From NCBI GenBank assembly GCA_965113315.1, contig OZ220367.1: 64,000 bases of DNA; one strand, 5' to 3'. The stretch is from Podarcis vaucheri (taxonomy: Eukaryota). Position numbers and translations under genes: made by a program. This document shows positions 24,097 through 34,376 of the stretch, in pieces; the first letter of the stretch is position 1; every line of letters starts with the position of its first letter. The notes under the pieces are model-generated. The model saw only the letters and a list, made by a program, of their open reading frames with translations. It ran no database searches and was not told the origin of the DNA.

Positions 24097-24323
24097 GAGA
24101 TTTAGAGAGCTGACATGCAGGGAGGGAGAGGATTGAATCCTTGCTCCCATGAATCTTTTCATCTCTGCAAAATATTTCTGGGTTGGGAAAGAATTGACTG
24201 GTGAGAGGGGGTGGGGAGCCAACAGTGATACCTTCCCCAACCCAGTCCTGGTTATGAGAGAGTTCAGCATATCCCCTTGACATCTCTACCTCAGTTGGGG
24301 AAAATATCCAATTTAGACCTGTC

Positions 24324-24920
24324 TACTTTCTTGGGCTCCATGATCAGTGCAGATGGTGACAGCAGTCACGAAATTAAAAGACGCCTGCTCCTTGGGAGAA
24401 AGGCGATGGCAAACCTAGACAACATCTTAAAAAGCAGAGACATCACCTTGCCAACAAAGGTCCGTATAGTAAAAGCCATGGTTTTCCCAGTAGTGATGTA
24501 TGGAAGTGAGAGCTGGACCATAAAGAAGGCTGATCGCCGAAGAATTGATGCTTTTGAATTATGGTGCTGGAGGAGACTCTTGAGAGTCCCATGGACTGCA
24601 AGAAGATCAAACCTCTCCATTCTGAAGGAAATCAGCCCTGAGTGCTCACTGGAAGGACAGATCGTGAAGCTGAGGCTCCAATACTTTGGCCACCTCATGA
24701 GAAGAGAGGACTCCCTGGAAAAGACCCTGATGTTGGGAAAGATGGAGGGCACAAGGAGAAGGGGACGTCAGAGAATGAGATGGTTGGATGGTGTTCTTGA
24801 AGCTACTAGCATGAGTTTGATCAAACTGCGGGAGGCAGTGGAGGACAGAAGTGCCTGGCGTGCTCTGGTCCATGGGGTCACGAAGAGTCGGACACGACTA
24901 AACGACTAAACAACAACAAC
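24324..24920 (+). mobile_element. BovB (RTE-clade) LINE, 5'-truncated 3' end with uninterrupted ORF and (CAA)n tail
   Basis: ORF 24277-24909 encodes HEIKRRLLLGRKAM..LKSRDITLPTKVRIVKAMVFPVVMYGSESWT..RRIDAFELWCWRRLLRVPWTARR..HGVTKSRTRLND, the characteristic BovB C-terminus. Ends in AACAACAACAAC. Confidence 0.95.
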
Positions 24921-25735
24921 TAAAGCTAGCAGGGCTAAGGAGGCCAAAATGATAAAAGAGGAGGAACGAAATGATGGCACTTACCTGCTCGCAGAACTCC
25001 AGCATCAAGCTGCAGCTAATCTAAGAGCAAGAGGGAACCTGAGCTAGGCCAGCTCTGGAGAAAGCTGATCTTGGCCAATTAATATTAACCAAGAATGTGA
25101 CCCTACGAACCCCTCAGGGGTGGTGACAGTACCAGCAAGGTGGAACTTAGTAAGGGGGTCACAGTGCAGAAATGAAACAAAGAGACCTAAAAAGGAATTT
25201 GGCACCACTGTCGAGAGATCAAATTATTATTTTTAGCGTATGGAAACTTAGGGAAGTAGGCCTATGGCTGACTCTGCAGCAACCATTATGCCCAATCTCC
25301 ACTTATATCTTACTGTACTAGCAACCTCTCACTCCACTCAAATTCTACTTGCCTCAAAAAGGTGTTCTGGTGCTCTCAACAGAGGACATTCCTTGTAGTT
25401 AGTCTGAACACAAGTGACCCTATTTTGGTTCATCTTAGGGTAAGTTATAGCTGCACATTAAACAGGGACAATCCCTCACAGCCTCTCACACATGAATGTA
25501 TTTTCACAAGGATGGGAGGGGAGAGGATCAGCATAGTTCTCGATCTTCTTAATTCTGCTTCTGTAGAAACTTTGGTAAAATTGAGCAACATGTTGCAGAA
25601 TTCCTGCAGCGCTCTGCCCAGTAGCCAAATAAATAGCAAGAACACCTCCAAGTCTCTCCCCCACCCCCAAGGAAAACAGATTATTTTACTTGGTTCACAA
25701 CAGAATGCATTGTTGTAAACCACTTTGAGATTTAT

Positions 25736-25737
<2 letters not shown>

Positions 25738-25776
<39 letters not shown>
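25738..25776 (+). repeat. (AAT)n microsatellite
   Basis: Directly visible. Confidence 0.95.
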
Positions 25777-25777
<1 letters not shown>

Positions 25778-25925
25778 TCACAAAATTAGTTTTCATGAGG
25801 CAATACATTTAGAATCAAAATTAGAGCTTTCAGGCAAAGTATACCAGCTCATATGCAGCTAGATGATAAAAGTGTTCACACACAGCAGCCCGTCTGTGTT
25901 GACATTACAGCAGAAAATAACACAC

Positions 25926-25943
25926 AGAGAGAGAGAGAGAGAG

Positions 25944-25998
<55 letters not shown>

Positions 25999-26000
25999 AA
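25926..26000 (+). repeat. (GA)n(GAAA)n compound microsatellite
   Basis: Directly visible; explains the RERE/KERK pseudo-ORFs. Confidence 0.95.
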
Positions 26001-26399
26001 AGCATTGTCTCTGCACCCAGAGCTCAGCCCATTCTCTGCCAGTTGAGCAGAGCTGGCATCGTTCCTGAGCACGGATTAAGGGTGATTTCTGAAGGCAGCA
26101 TTGCCCCTCTAGCAGATGGCAGCAACAGCAGAAGTCACACAAGGGAAGATTAACCACTGAGATGGTTATGAGACAGCGAGACCTGCGTGGGTGAGTCAAT
26201 GGGCTCCCAGTGGGGTGGGGGAAGGGATTCTGTCTCCACTATATTTTCTAAGAAAAGGGAGATCAGATGAGGTTAAAGCTCCACCTCCGCGTGAGCCCCA
26301 GCTCGCCTGCTCTAGGCATAACAGCCCCAGAGGCGGTCACTGGAACAAACCCCAGAGAGAAGTGGGGACAGGGAAAGAAGCACCATTCGTATGCATCCC

Positions 26400-27290
26400 A
26401 CGAAATCTCTGTAGAGGCGTGGGGACCTGAAGGCGCGTGTCTACCGAGTTCAGCGGCTCATGGCTCTCTCTAGCCATGCCTCCCGGGGACTGTCCGTTCC
26501 AACGTGCATTCCAAGGATGCAGTCATTCGGGACGCTGCTAAGCAATATCTGGGAAAGCGAAGAGCACCGAGCCCCGGCTTTGTTGCCCAGACCGGGCACG
26601 GCAGCCTTAGCAAACAGACGAAGCCCTTAAGCAGCAATGGAGAAGAGGAGCTACCCGGCGGCGAAAGAGCACCGGCTCTCCCGAAGCGTGCAGGGGAAAC
26701 GAGGTCTGCCCCAGCATGCACCGCAGGACCACCGCGCGTCAGAGGGATCCCCCTCGCCTTACCTGGTGCTGCCATGATCAGGGTGTAGTCAAAGCGAGAC
26801 TACCACCCGCTCCCCGCGTTACCGCATCCACCGAGGCATCCTGCTCCCTGTCTTTGACCACCCTCACCCTTGCGCATGCGCGACTCTACGCCGAGAGACC
26901 AAGCCGAACTACGATTCCCGTCACCCACTGCGCGTCGCTTCGCACGGTCTCCTCGCGCCCTCTGCCTATGGTTCTCCCTCTGTGTGCCCCGCACGCCCCG
27001 TTTTCTATAATAGCTCTTCCGCCAAGGGAGGAAAGCGTGCGCGCGGGGAGGAAGTCATGTGACAGCAGAGCCGGCCAATGAGGCAGCGGCCCAGAGCCCT
27101 GTTTTCGGTGGGGGAGACTTGCTTCGGAAGGCGCGTTTCCCGCGAGGGAGGCCGCCGCTTAGACTCGCCCCGGGCAGGATGGCTCCCGCGCGGTACTGCG
27201 TCCCTGGTGGGTGACTGGGAGAGCCGGGGCGGGAGGAGGGAGGCGTCCTGGCTGGGTGCAAAAACGAAGTCGCGCTATTGAAGTTCTTCT
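26400..27290. promoter_or_regulatory. CpG-island bidirectional promoter of ZDHHC16 and EXOSC1
   Basis: CpG-dense. NRF1-type TGCGCATGCGC at 26871-26881, ZNF143/THAP11-type ACTACGATTCCC at 26908-26919, CCAAT near 27075, ETS-type CGGAAG near 27125. About 400 bp separates the ZDHHC16 exon-1 donor from the EXOSC1 ATG. Confidence 0.85.
26763..26860 (-). other. Candidate first (5'UTR) exon of ZDHHC16
   Basis: Strong donor CCAG|GTAAGG at 26763/26762 on minus, inside the CpG island shared with EXOSC1. The 5' boundary is a guess. Confidence 0.6.
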
Positions 27291-30200
27291 TCTTTGGTGA
27301 TCACTCGTAGCCGAGTGTGATTGTCTTCCATGAACATGGTCTTAACCGTGAGTCCCTAAGTGACTGTGGAGGCCAATTCTGGATCCACACGTCTTTCCAC
27401 AGTGGGGACATAGGTTGCCAGGCGGGAGTTGGTCAAGGTGAGGGTTTGCCAAGCGTGCCTTCCTCTTAGCAAGTTTCTCCCTTTCGTCCTGAGTTCCAGC
27501 CATGATACCTTTGGTAAAGGCTGTTCTCTATTTGGAGCGCTCGCAGGCCAGTGTTTCCCAGTTGTCCATCTTTCCCATAGGGCTTAGTGGTGCATTGCGC
27601 CAGGGCTCCGGCCTCTTGGGTGCCCCAACGAGTTGGGGAGCTGTGCGGCTTTGCCAGCAGCCTCCCCTTTCCCTGCACGCTCGCCAGCTACGCCCCGCCA
27701 ACCACATGCTTCACGTGCCCCCCCATCCGTGGTTATTTGGGGGCGCTGGGCAGATATTTGCACCCCGACGCCGCATCTGCTAAAGACGGCCCTGGGTGTT
27801 TATACTACATTTTTAAAGATTTGCCTTGAGAGAGTCTTTAAACCTCTTTTGTTGACCACCAGCATTATGCTTTACATTTTTAAGTTTGGAATAGAGCAGT
27901 TGCTTTGGAAGATGATAATCAGGCATCTGAACAACATGACCAGTCCAACGAAGTTGATGTTGAAGAATCATTGCTTCGACACTGGTGATCTTTCCTTCTT
28001 CCAGTACACTGGCATTAGTTCACCTGTCTTCTCAAATGATGGTTAAAATTTTTTGGAGACACCATTGATGGAATATTTTGAGGAGTTGGAGATGGCGTTT
28101 ATAAGTGGTCTATGTTTATAACTCCAGGTAGCTCAATGGGAGAGGTATCAGGACAGTCCATGTTCAGGATGGCAACAGTGGCAAACTGCAACGCAGTTGT
28201 GCAGCCGGGTAATGTTAGGATATGTGCCTCCTCTCCCTCCTGCCCCCGTTTTAAACCATAGGAAAGTTTTAAATGTTTGATACGCACCTGTTAACAGCAT
28301 GATGAGAGTCAATAAATAGGGCTGGGGGTACATGAATTGGTCCTGCTTTTCACTATGACAGCTTCTCCTGCTGCGTCTGTTACTGTCTGAAAGGACAGTC
28401 AACTCTAGGCAATGAGATGTTTGACTTGCATTCTGTCCTGCAGGAGAGAGACTCTGCAGCTTAGAGGAAGGAACCCCTGGAAGCGGCACCTACACCCGTC
28501 ATGGTTCGATCTATGCCTCCCTGGCTGGTTGTCTCATGAAGAAAAGTGAGAATGGCATGGTGAGACTGAAGCAACCTCTGGGCAACAGTATGAGGGGGTG
28601 GTGTAGTGGGAATTGCAAGGACTGAATGCTTTGATGTGAGCAGTGCTAGTTCATAGTGTAGGACCAAGAGAGGAACCAAGTTGGGGAGGTGGGGAGTGCA
28701 TAGCTGTGACCTTGGATGAGTCAACATAGTTCAGTTGGTTAGAGCATGGTGCTGATAATGGCAAAGTTACAGGTTTGATCCCCGCATGGGACAGCTGCAT
28801 ATTCCTGCATTGCAGGAGTTTGGACTAGATGATCCTGGGGGTCCCTTCCAACTCTACAGTATGATTCTGTGAATAGCTGTGGAGCTGTTCTGGGTCTCAC
28901 AGATTCTTGACTGGAGGTGCGTCTGTGCAAGAAGGCAGGTGAGCTTCATGTCATGTGAACTGGATGGTGCATAATCATGACACTCTATAAAGCCTGAAAT
29001 GTATCCTGTGGCACCTGTAGTGATTAGATGCTTACATTTATATTTTCCTGTGAATCGCCCTGAGACCTGTAGATATAGGGCAGTATACAAATTTAATAAA
29101 TATTAACAACAACAACAAGTGTATGATCAGCTGGTAATCCAGAAGAAGTTTTGAGACATGGTTATCTTATAGTAGTAGTAATAATAATAATAATTTATTA
29201 TTTATACCCCTCCCATCTGGCTGAGTTTCCCCAGCCACTCTGGGCGGCTTCCAATCGAGTGTTAAAAACAATACAGCGTTAAATATTAAAAACTTCCCTA
29301 AACAGAGCTGCCTTCAGATGTCTTTTAAAGATAAGATAGCTGCTTATTTCCTTCACATCTGAAGGGAGGGCGTTCCACAGGGCAGGCACCACTACCGAGA
29401 AGACCCTCTGTCTGGTTCCCTGTAACCTCACTTCCCGCAAAGAGGGAACCGCCAGAAGGCCCTCGGCGCTGGATCTCAGTGTCCGGGCTGTCATATTAAC
29501 ACTTGTAAGACAGTAGTTTTCAACCATGAGTCCCCCAGATTCGTTGAACTACACCTATTATCCCTGGCCATTGGCTAAACTGGATGGGGTTGATGGGAGT
29601 TTTAGTCCATCCACACCTGAGGACCTGTGGTTGATGAGCACTGCTCTAAAGCAATGCGTCAAATAAATCATGACTAGTCTTTGCTTCTCTTTAGCTCCCA
29701 GTGGTTTCTGTGATGAGGGATGTGGAATCTCAGCTTCTTCCTGATGTGGGAGCTACAGTGACATGCAAGGTAACCTCATTTCTATCTTGGCACAGTAGAA
29801 TTGTCTTTCATTCATCTACTGGTGGGCCAAGGAAAGCAACAGGTTTGGCTGTGAATCAAATATAGAAGCTGTTTGCCACAAGCCTGACTATTGCAGCTGA
29901 GCAATGTTTTCTACACCTTTTTATGTGGTGTACTCCTTAGAGTGTCTGATTAGGGCCTGAGAGACCAGGGTTCAAATCCCTACTCGGGCATGAAGTTCAC
30001 TGGGTGATCTTGAGCTAGTCACCAACTCTTCACCTCCCTTATCTCACTGGGTTGTTATGAGGATAATATGGAGAGGAGAATCACGTTTGCCACCTTGACT
30101 AGCTTTGTGGGGAAAGGTGGGATATAAATGTCTTGATATATAATAAAATGGCATGGATGTTTTCGCACAGCAGTTTGCTTGGTTTGTGGCACTGCAAGCT

Positions 30201-32786
30201 ACAGTGTGACAACAGACTTCTGAGAGCTACTTGTCCATCACAGCAGTGTTGGGGAATGAGACAAAGGTGGTAGGAGGAGAGAGATGGAGGCAGGTGTCTG
30301 GCCCAGTCGAACCATGGAAGAATGGCTAGGAAGGGCTAGGCAGCAGCCCAGCAACCATCCTGCTCTGCTGCTGCCTGTCTCTCCAGTGACACCATTTCAG
30401 CCTTAGCAACATCAGAGGATAAGAGAATTGGAGGAGGGAGACAGGTGGGAAACCTAGGTGAGCTGAGGGCAAACTAATGGGAGCAGGTAGTGGTGGTTTG
30501 ATGTGCTCTAATGGGAGGGGCTGACTTGGTGATGCATGAGAGGAGGGGGGGGTTGACAAGTGGGTGGGTGTAGCTGGCAAGTGCAGTGAGCAAGAGCTCA
30601 GCCCCTAGTAATAAATATCAGGGCTCTTGGTCTGTTCAGCCCCAAATACCAGAAGCCCAAGTTCCTTCATTAGCAAGTCCAGTATAAACCTTGCAAGCAT
30701 TGCCCTCGCCAGAACAAAGTGTTGTTGATAGAAAGGAAGAAGCACGTACTTCATCTCAAAAACTAGCTTTGATTTTTCTCCTCCACAGAGCAGAAAGCAT
30801 CATCGACTGCAATCCTAAAATTACTTTTGTTACTTAGAAAAGTGGGAGGGGGAATTGCTGAGGCATTGATCTTACTGTTCCCTGTGATTACTCTGTTCGA
30901 TTTGTCCAATCTGAAATTCAGTTATGGTTTTCTCTCCCCTTTTTCCCCACCCCCAATATTCCCACCCAGGTTTGCAGCATTAACTCTCGTTTTGCCAAAG
31001 TGCACATCTTGTATGTTGGCTCTACACCATTAAAATCCCCATTCCGTGGAACTATCCGGTAGGAAGACAACTTTGTTGTGGGGGCTTCTTCTGAGGTGTT
31101 GGATGTCTGCACTTTTAGAGAGGAGATAAGGCCAGCCCTTACAAATATTTTGTTTTACTCTCATCATTAGCACTTGAGTGCTAGTGGGAATTGTTTTATT
31201 GTATTAATTAATTAATTAATTATTAATTAATTGTTTTATTATATTTATGTTCCTTTCATTTATAAAATTTTGTTGTGGAACCCAAGGCAGTGTTTGGATC
31301 CCTGGCAGTCATCCATCTAGGCACTAGCAAGACCCAGATCTACTTCATTCAGTAAGGTGCTTGGCCTCATGTTCAGACCTTTTGGTTTTTCATCTAAACT
31401 AGCTAACCCTTCCTCCAAAAGCTTCTTCTTCTTTGGCAATCGCTCATAGCCGAGTCAGTATAGTCAGTTTTCTTTTAGGGGAGGGAGAGGAGGACTAGGG
31501 TGAACTCTTACCTTCTTTTCTCCTGCTGCAGGAGAGAAGATGTCAGAGCTACAGAGAAAGACAAGGTCAGTGGAATAAACATTTTGGTTACATGTGTTGG
31601 GAATAGGTAGTATTCCTAATGCGCATAGGCAGGAGCATTTCTTCCTGGCACGAACACATACATGTGTGTGGCGGACTAGGACATGGGAGACTTTGAAGCC
31701 CTCTGGGTGACCTTGGGCTAGTCACCATCTCTCTGCCTAACCTACCTCTGAAGACAGTATCGAGAGGGGGACAAGTGGGTTTGCCACCTTGAGCTCATTG
31801 GAGAAAACCGTGTGATAAAAAAATAATAAAATCATTACTACTCTTGGGGAAACTTACCTGAGGAAAAGCAAAACCTTGTGGGGGCAAGAGGACTTTTAGC
31901 AATGCCTCTTTTTGTACATTTGTTGAAGAAAAGGCTTGTGATTTCTGGATAAAGGATATCTGATGGATGTCCTCTCTGTGTTCAAATCGGCCATGTTTCA
32001 CTGCACACTTTCTCTCAAAGTTGTCTCAGTATTTTGCCTTTCACACTTTCTCTTTCCTTCCCACCTCATGCATGGTGACAGGTAGAGGTTTACAAGAGTT
32101 TCCGCCCAGGAGATATTGTTTTGGCCAAAGTTGTATCCTTTTCTTGTGTCTGCCTTTATGTGCTGTGTATGTATGTGCTAGCTGGAAGAGAAATCTTTTG
32201 GCATTGCACCTTAACTCAACCTGTGGGGCTAGATCTCTCTGGGTGATGCACAGTCCAACTATTTGCTGACAACAGCGGAAAATGAGCTGGGGGTAGTGGT
32301 GGCTCATAGTGAAGCAGGTAAGACCCGTCTCGTTCCAAGCAGGTTGTGCATAATGCTGAAATCTACTGAACATGCCAATATATTCTGGACCTCTTAAATG
32401 TATGGTTAAGGAAGAAGCATTAGTAACGTCACTATTGAGGGAAGACATTCTATAATATAGAATATCCACTTAGGTTGTAAAGTGAAAAGGGCAGTTTATG
32501 GATGCAGTAACTAAATTTTAGAGAGCCAGGTAGTGGTATATTTTTTATTAATTTAATTTATATACTGCCCTATATCTGGGGGTCTCAGTGTGGTCGCAAG
32601 GCACCTTTAATGAGTGGAGGAATCTTTCTTTCCCTGGGAAGGGTGTCTGTGTAACTATGGATTTCTGTTCTGATTTCAGGAGTACAGATGGTGCCAATCA
32701 GCTGGTGTGAAGTGCAGTGCCCCAGTACACATAGCAAGGAACTGCGCAAGGTAGCGAGAGTACAGCCCCAGTTTCTGCAGACGTAG
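27179..32786 (+). CDS. EXOSC1: Exosome component 1 (Csl4), complete, 194 aa, 8 exons
   Basis: Exons: 27179-27206, 28444-28559, 29695-29769, 30970-31058, 31532-31565, 32082-32132, 32233-32317, 32680-32786, total 585 nt. Translation MAPARYCVPGERLCSLEEGTPGSGTYTRHG...SQLLPDVGATVTCKV..INSRFAKVHILYVG...[49 protein letters not shown]...MVPISWCEVQCP..KELRKVARVQPQFLQT*. Not represented in the ORF track because the exons are short. Confidence 0.97.
27284..28135 (-). mobile_element. Degraded RTE-clade LINE 3' end (not BovB) with (GAA)n tail, interrupted by an insertion
   Basis: Minus-strand residual peptide TNASVLEEGKITSVEAMILQHQLRWTGHVVQMPDYHLPKQLLYS..GGQQKRF then DNWETLACERS, with stops and frameshifts; TTCTTCTTC tail at 27284. 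A short piece of the same tail occurs near 31422-31455. Confidence 0.8.
27571..27794. mobile_element. GC-rich non-autonomous hAT-like element inserted in the RTE fragment
   Basis: Interrupts RTE homology; ends GACGGCCCTG (reverse complement CAGGGCCGTC, a hAT-type terminus). Left end unclear. Confidence 0.5.
28726..28872 (+). mobile_element. tRNA-Ile-derived SINE with CR1-type tail
   Basis: Third copy of the same family, in EXOSC1 intron 2. Confidence 0.8.
29190..29490 (-). mobile_element. L2-clade LINE 3' end
   Basis: ORF 29279-29527 gives LRSS..LLAVP...[17 protein letters not shown]....IFKRHLKAALF, followed by AGCCGCCCAGAGTGGCTGGGGAAAC and an (AAT)n tail. Confidence 0.85.
32133..32232 (+). 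other. U12-type (minor spliceosome) GT-AG intron 6 of EXOSC1, 100 nt
   Basis: 5' splice site GTATCCTTTT; branch box CCTTAAC at 32209-32215, 17 nt before the exon; no polypyrimidine tract (CTGTGGGGCTAG). Confidence 0.92.
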
Positions 32787-33226
32787 TGACTGATGTATGC
32801 CCCAAGATGCACAGCAAGTACATGAAAGGCTTTGCTACAGCTTGCAAGCTTAGAGGGGCATGGGAGCAGCCTCCTTTGCTGTTGCTGTGAATGGACCTTA
32901 TGAGTGTGCAAAACAGAGCTGGGCCACTTTGGCTTCTGGAATGGTCTGGGAAAGAAAAGTTGATAACTCCTGATTCCTCTTAACTTTATATTGCTGTTGT
33001 ACTGTTTTATAAACCAACCAACTCTCCCCTGTTGTCCCTGTCTTTTCTGCCTGATTTTAATCTTAACACCTGGTAAAGGACAAATAAAACTGTCTTCCAT
33101 TCTTCCTTTCTGAGCCATAAGCAGTACTGTTTTTTTATCTTTAATAAATACCACCTATAGGCAATATAAAAGCTTTTCTCTAGAGGTGGTTAACTTCCTC
33201 CTTTGAACTTGGGTACATTCAGTCCT

Positions 33227-33580
33227 GGGATGCGGGTGGCACTGTGGTCTGAACCACTGAGCCTAGGGCTTGCTGATTGGAAGGCCGGCAGTTCAAATCC
33301 CCGCGACAGAGTGAGCTCCTGTTGTTCGGTCCCAGCTCCTGCCCACCTAGCAGTTCAAAAGCACGTCAAAGTGTGAGTAGATAAATAGGTACCGCTCTGG
33401 CGGGAAGGTAAATGTGCGTTGCTCTGGTTCACCAGAAGCGGCTTAGTCATGCTGGCCACATGACCCAGAAGCTGTCTGCGGACAAACACCAGCTCCCTTG
33501 GCCAATAAAGCGAGATGAGCACCGCAACCCCAGAGTAGTCCACGACTGGACTTAACGGTCAGGGGTCCCTTTATCTTTTT
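33227..33580 (+). mobile_element. Sauria SINE, full length, with 13-bp TSD
   Basis: GGGATGCGGGTGGC..CTGTGGTC head, AGTAGATAAATAGGTACCGC core and CATGCTGGCCACATGACC; TACATTCAGTCCT duplicated at 33214-33226 and 33581-33593. Confidence 0.9.
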
Positions 33581-34370
33581 TACATTCAGTCCTAGATAGT
33601 TTGATCTAGTGAACCCCCTGCTCTTGTTGGAGGATATGCTATTAGAGAAGCAAGGGTGGTGATTAGGGGTGCAGGATCCCAGGCAGTGCCCAAGTTCTGA
33701 ATTAGATAGCTCCAAGGCACTCGAGGGGGAGAACCAAAGGAATGAATGCCTAGTCACAAACAAAGGAAATTTGATATTGTTCCTATCTAAACATATATGT
33801 TTGAATATAAGTAAACCAGGATTGACCTTTGTGTTCCCTCCTATTACTCTTGTGTTCACATTTTCTGTATACAGTACTGGCTTATGTTTAGTATCCACAG
33901 TATTGCAATGTTTTGACATTCACTTGTAAACTAGTAACCAAATCTGAAAAAAGAAGAAAAGGAAAACATAATGGTTTGAACCTCTCTCTTTGCCAGCAGG
34001 GCCATGTGGAAGGGGAATCCCGTACTTGGGAACTGTACTTCCCTGTTGATCAGTAGCAGTTGTGTGTGTGTAAGCCAACAGGGACACCAACCACCTGCAG
34101 TGCTCACCTTGGGAGTGGTTTGGGGATCAGCTAGAGTAGAACATAAGACTTGTCCTTATATGGACTTTACCTACATGGGCTCCACAGCCAGTAGTTTTAA
34201 GATGGAACAAAAGATGACCTGGGTCCTTTTCAGACCTGCTTGCAGTGGATAGATACTGTGACTAAATGGGAAAGGAGAGATGAAGAGTCAGCATAGGGGG
34301 GGCAACAAGTAACACTCTTTCTTGGAATCAATAAGATTGTACAGACACAGGAGCTATTGCACATAATTCC

Positions 34371-34376
34371 TTTATT
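34371..34376 (-). terminator. Probable PGAM1 polyadenylation signal
   Basis: TTTATT on + (AATAAA on minus) about 810 nt after the stop. Confidence 0.55.

Noticed and set aside
25853-26199. ORFs rich in RE/KERK or FFLS repeats
   Set aside because: Translations of the (GA)n(GAAA)n microsatellite.
28299-28390. Possible C/D snoRNA in EXOSC1 intron 1 (ATGATGA ... CTGA)
   Set aside because: No terminal stem, no clear C'/D' boxes and no rRNA-complementary guide that I recognise. A snoscan or Rfam search would be needed.
10495-28872. tRNA-Ile-like sequences at 10495, 13835 and 28726
   Set aside because: The acceptor stems are degenerate and each runs into a CR1-type tail, so they are SINEs, not tRNA genes.
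32585-33919. Minus-strand ORFs of 189 aa and 158 aa
   Set aside because: Antisense to the EXOSC1 last exon/UTR and overlapping a SINE, with no recognisable domain or splice structure.
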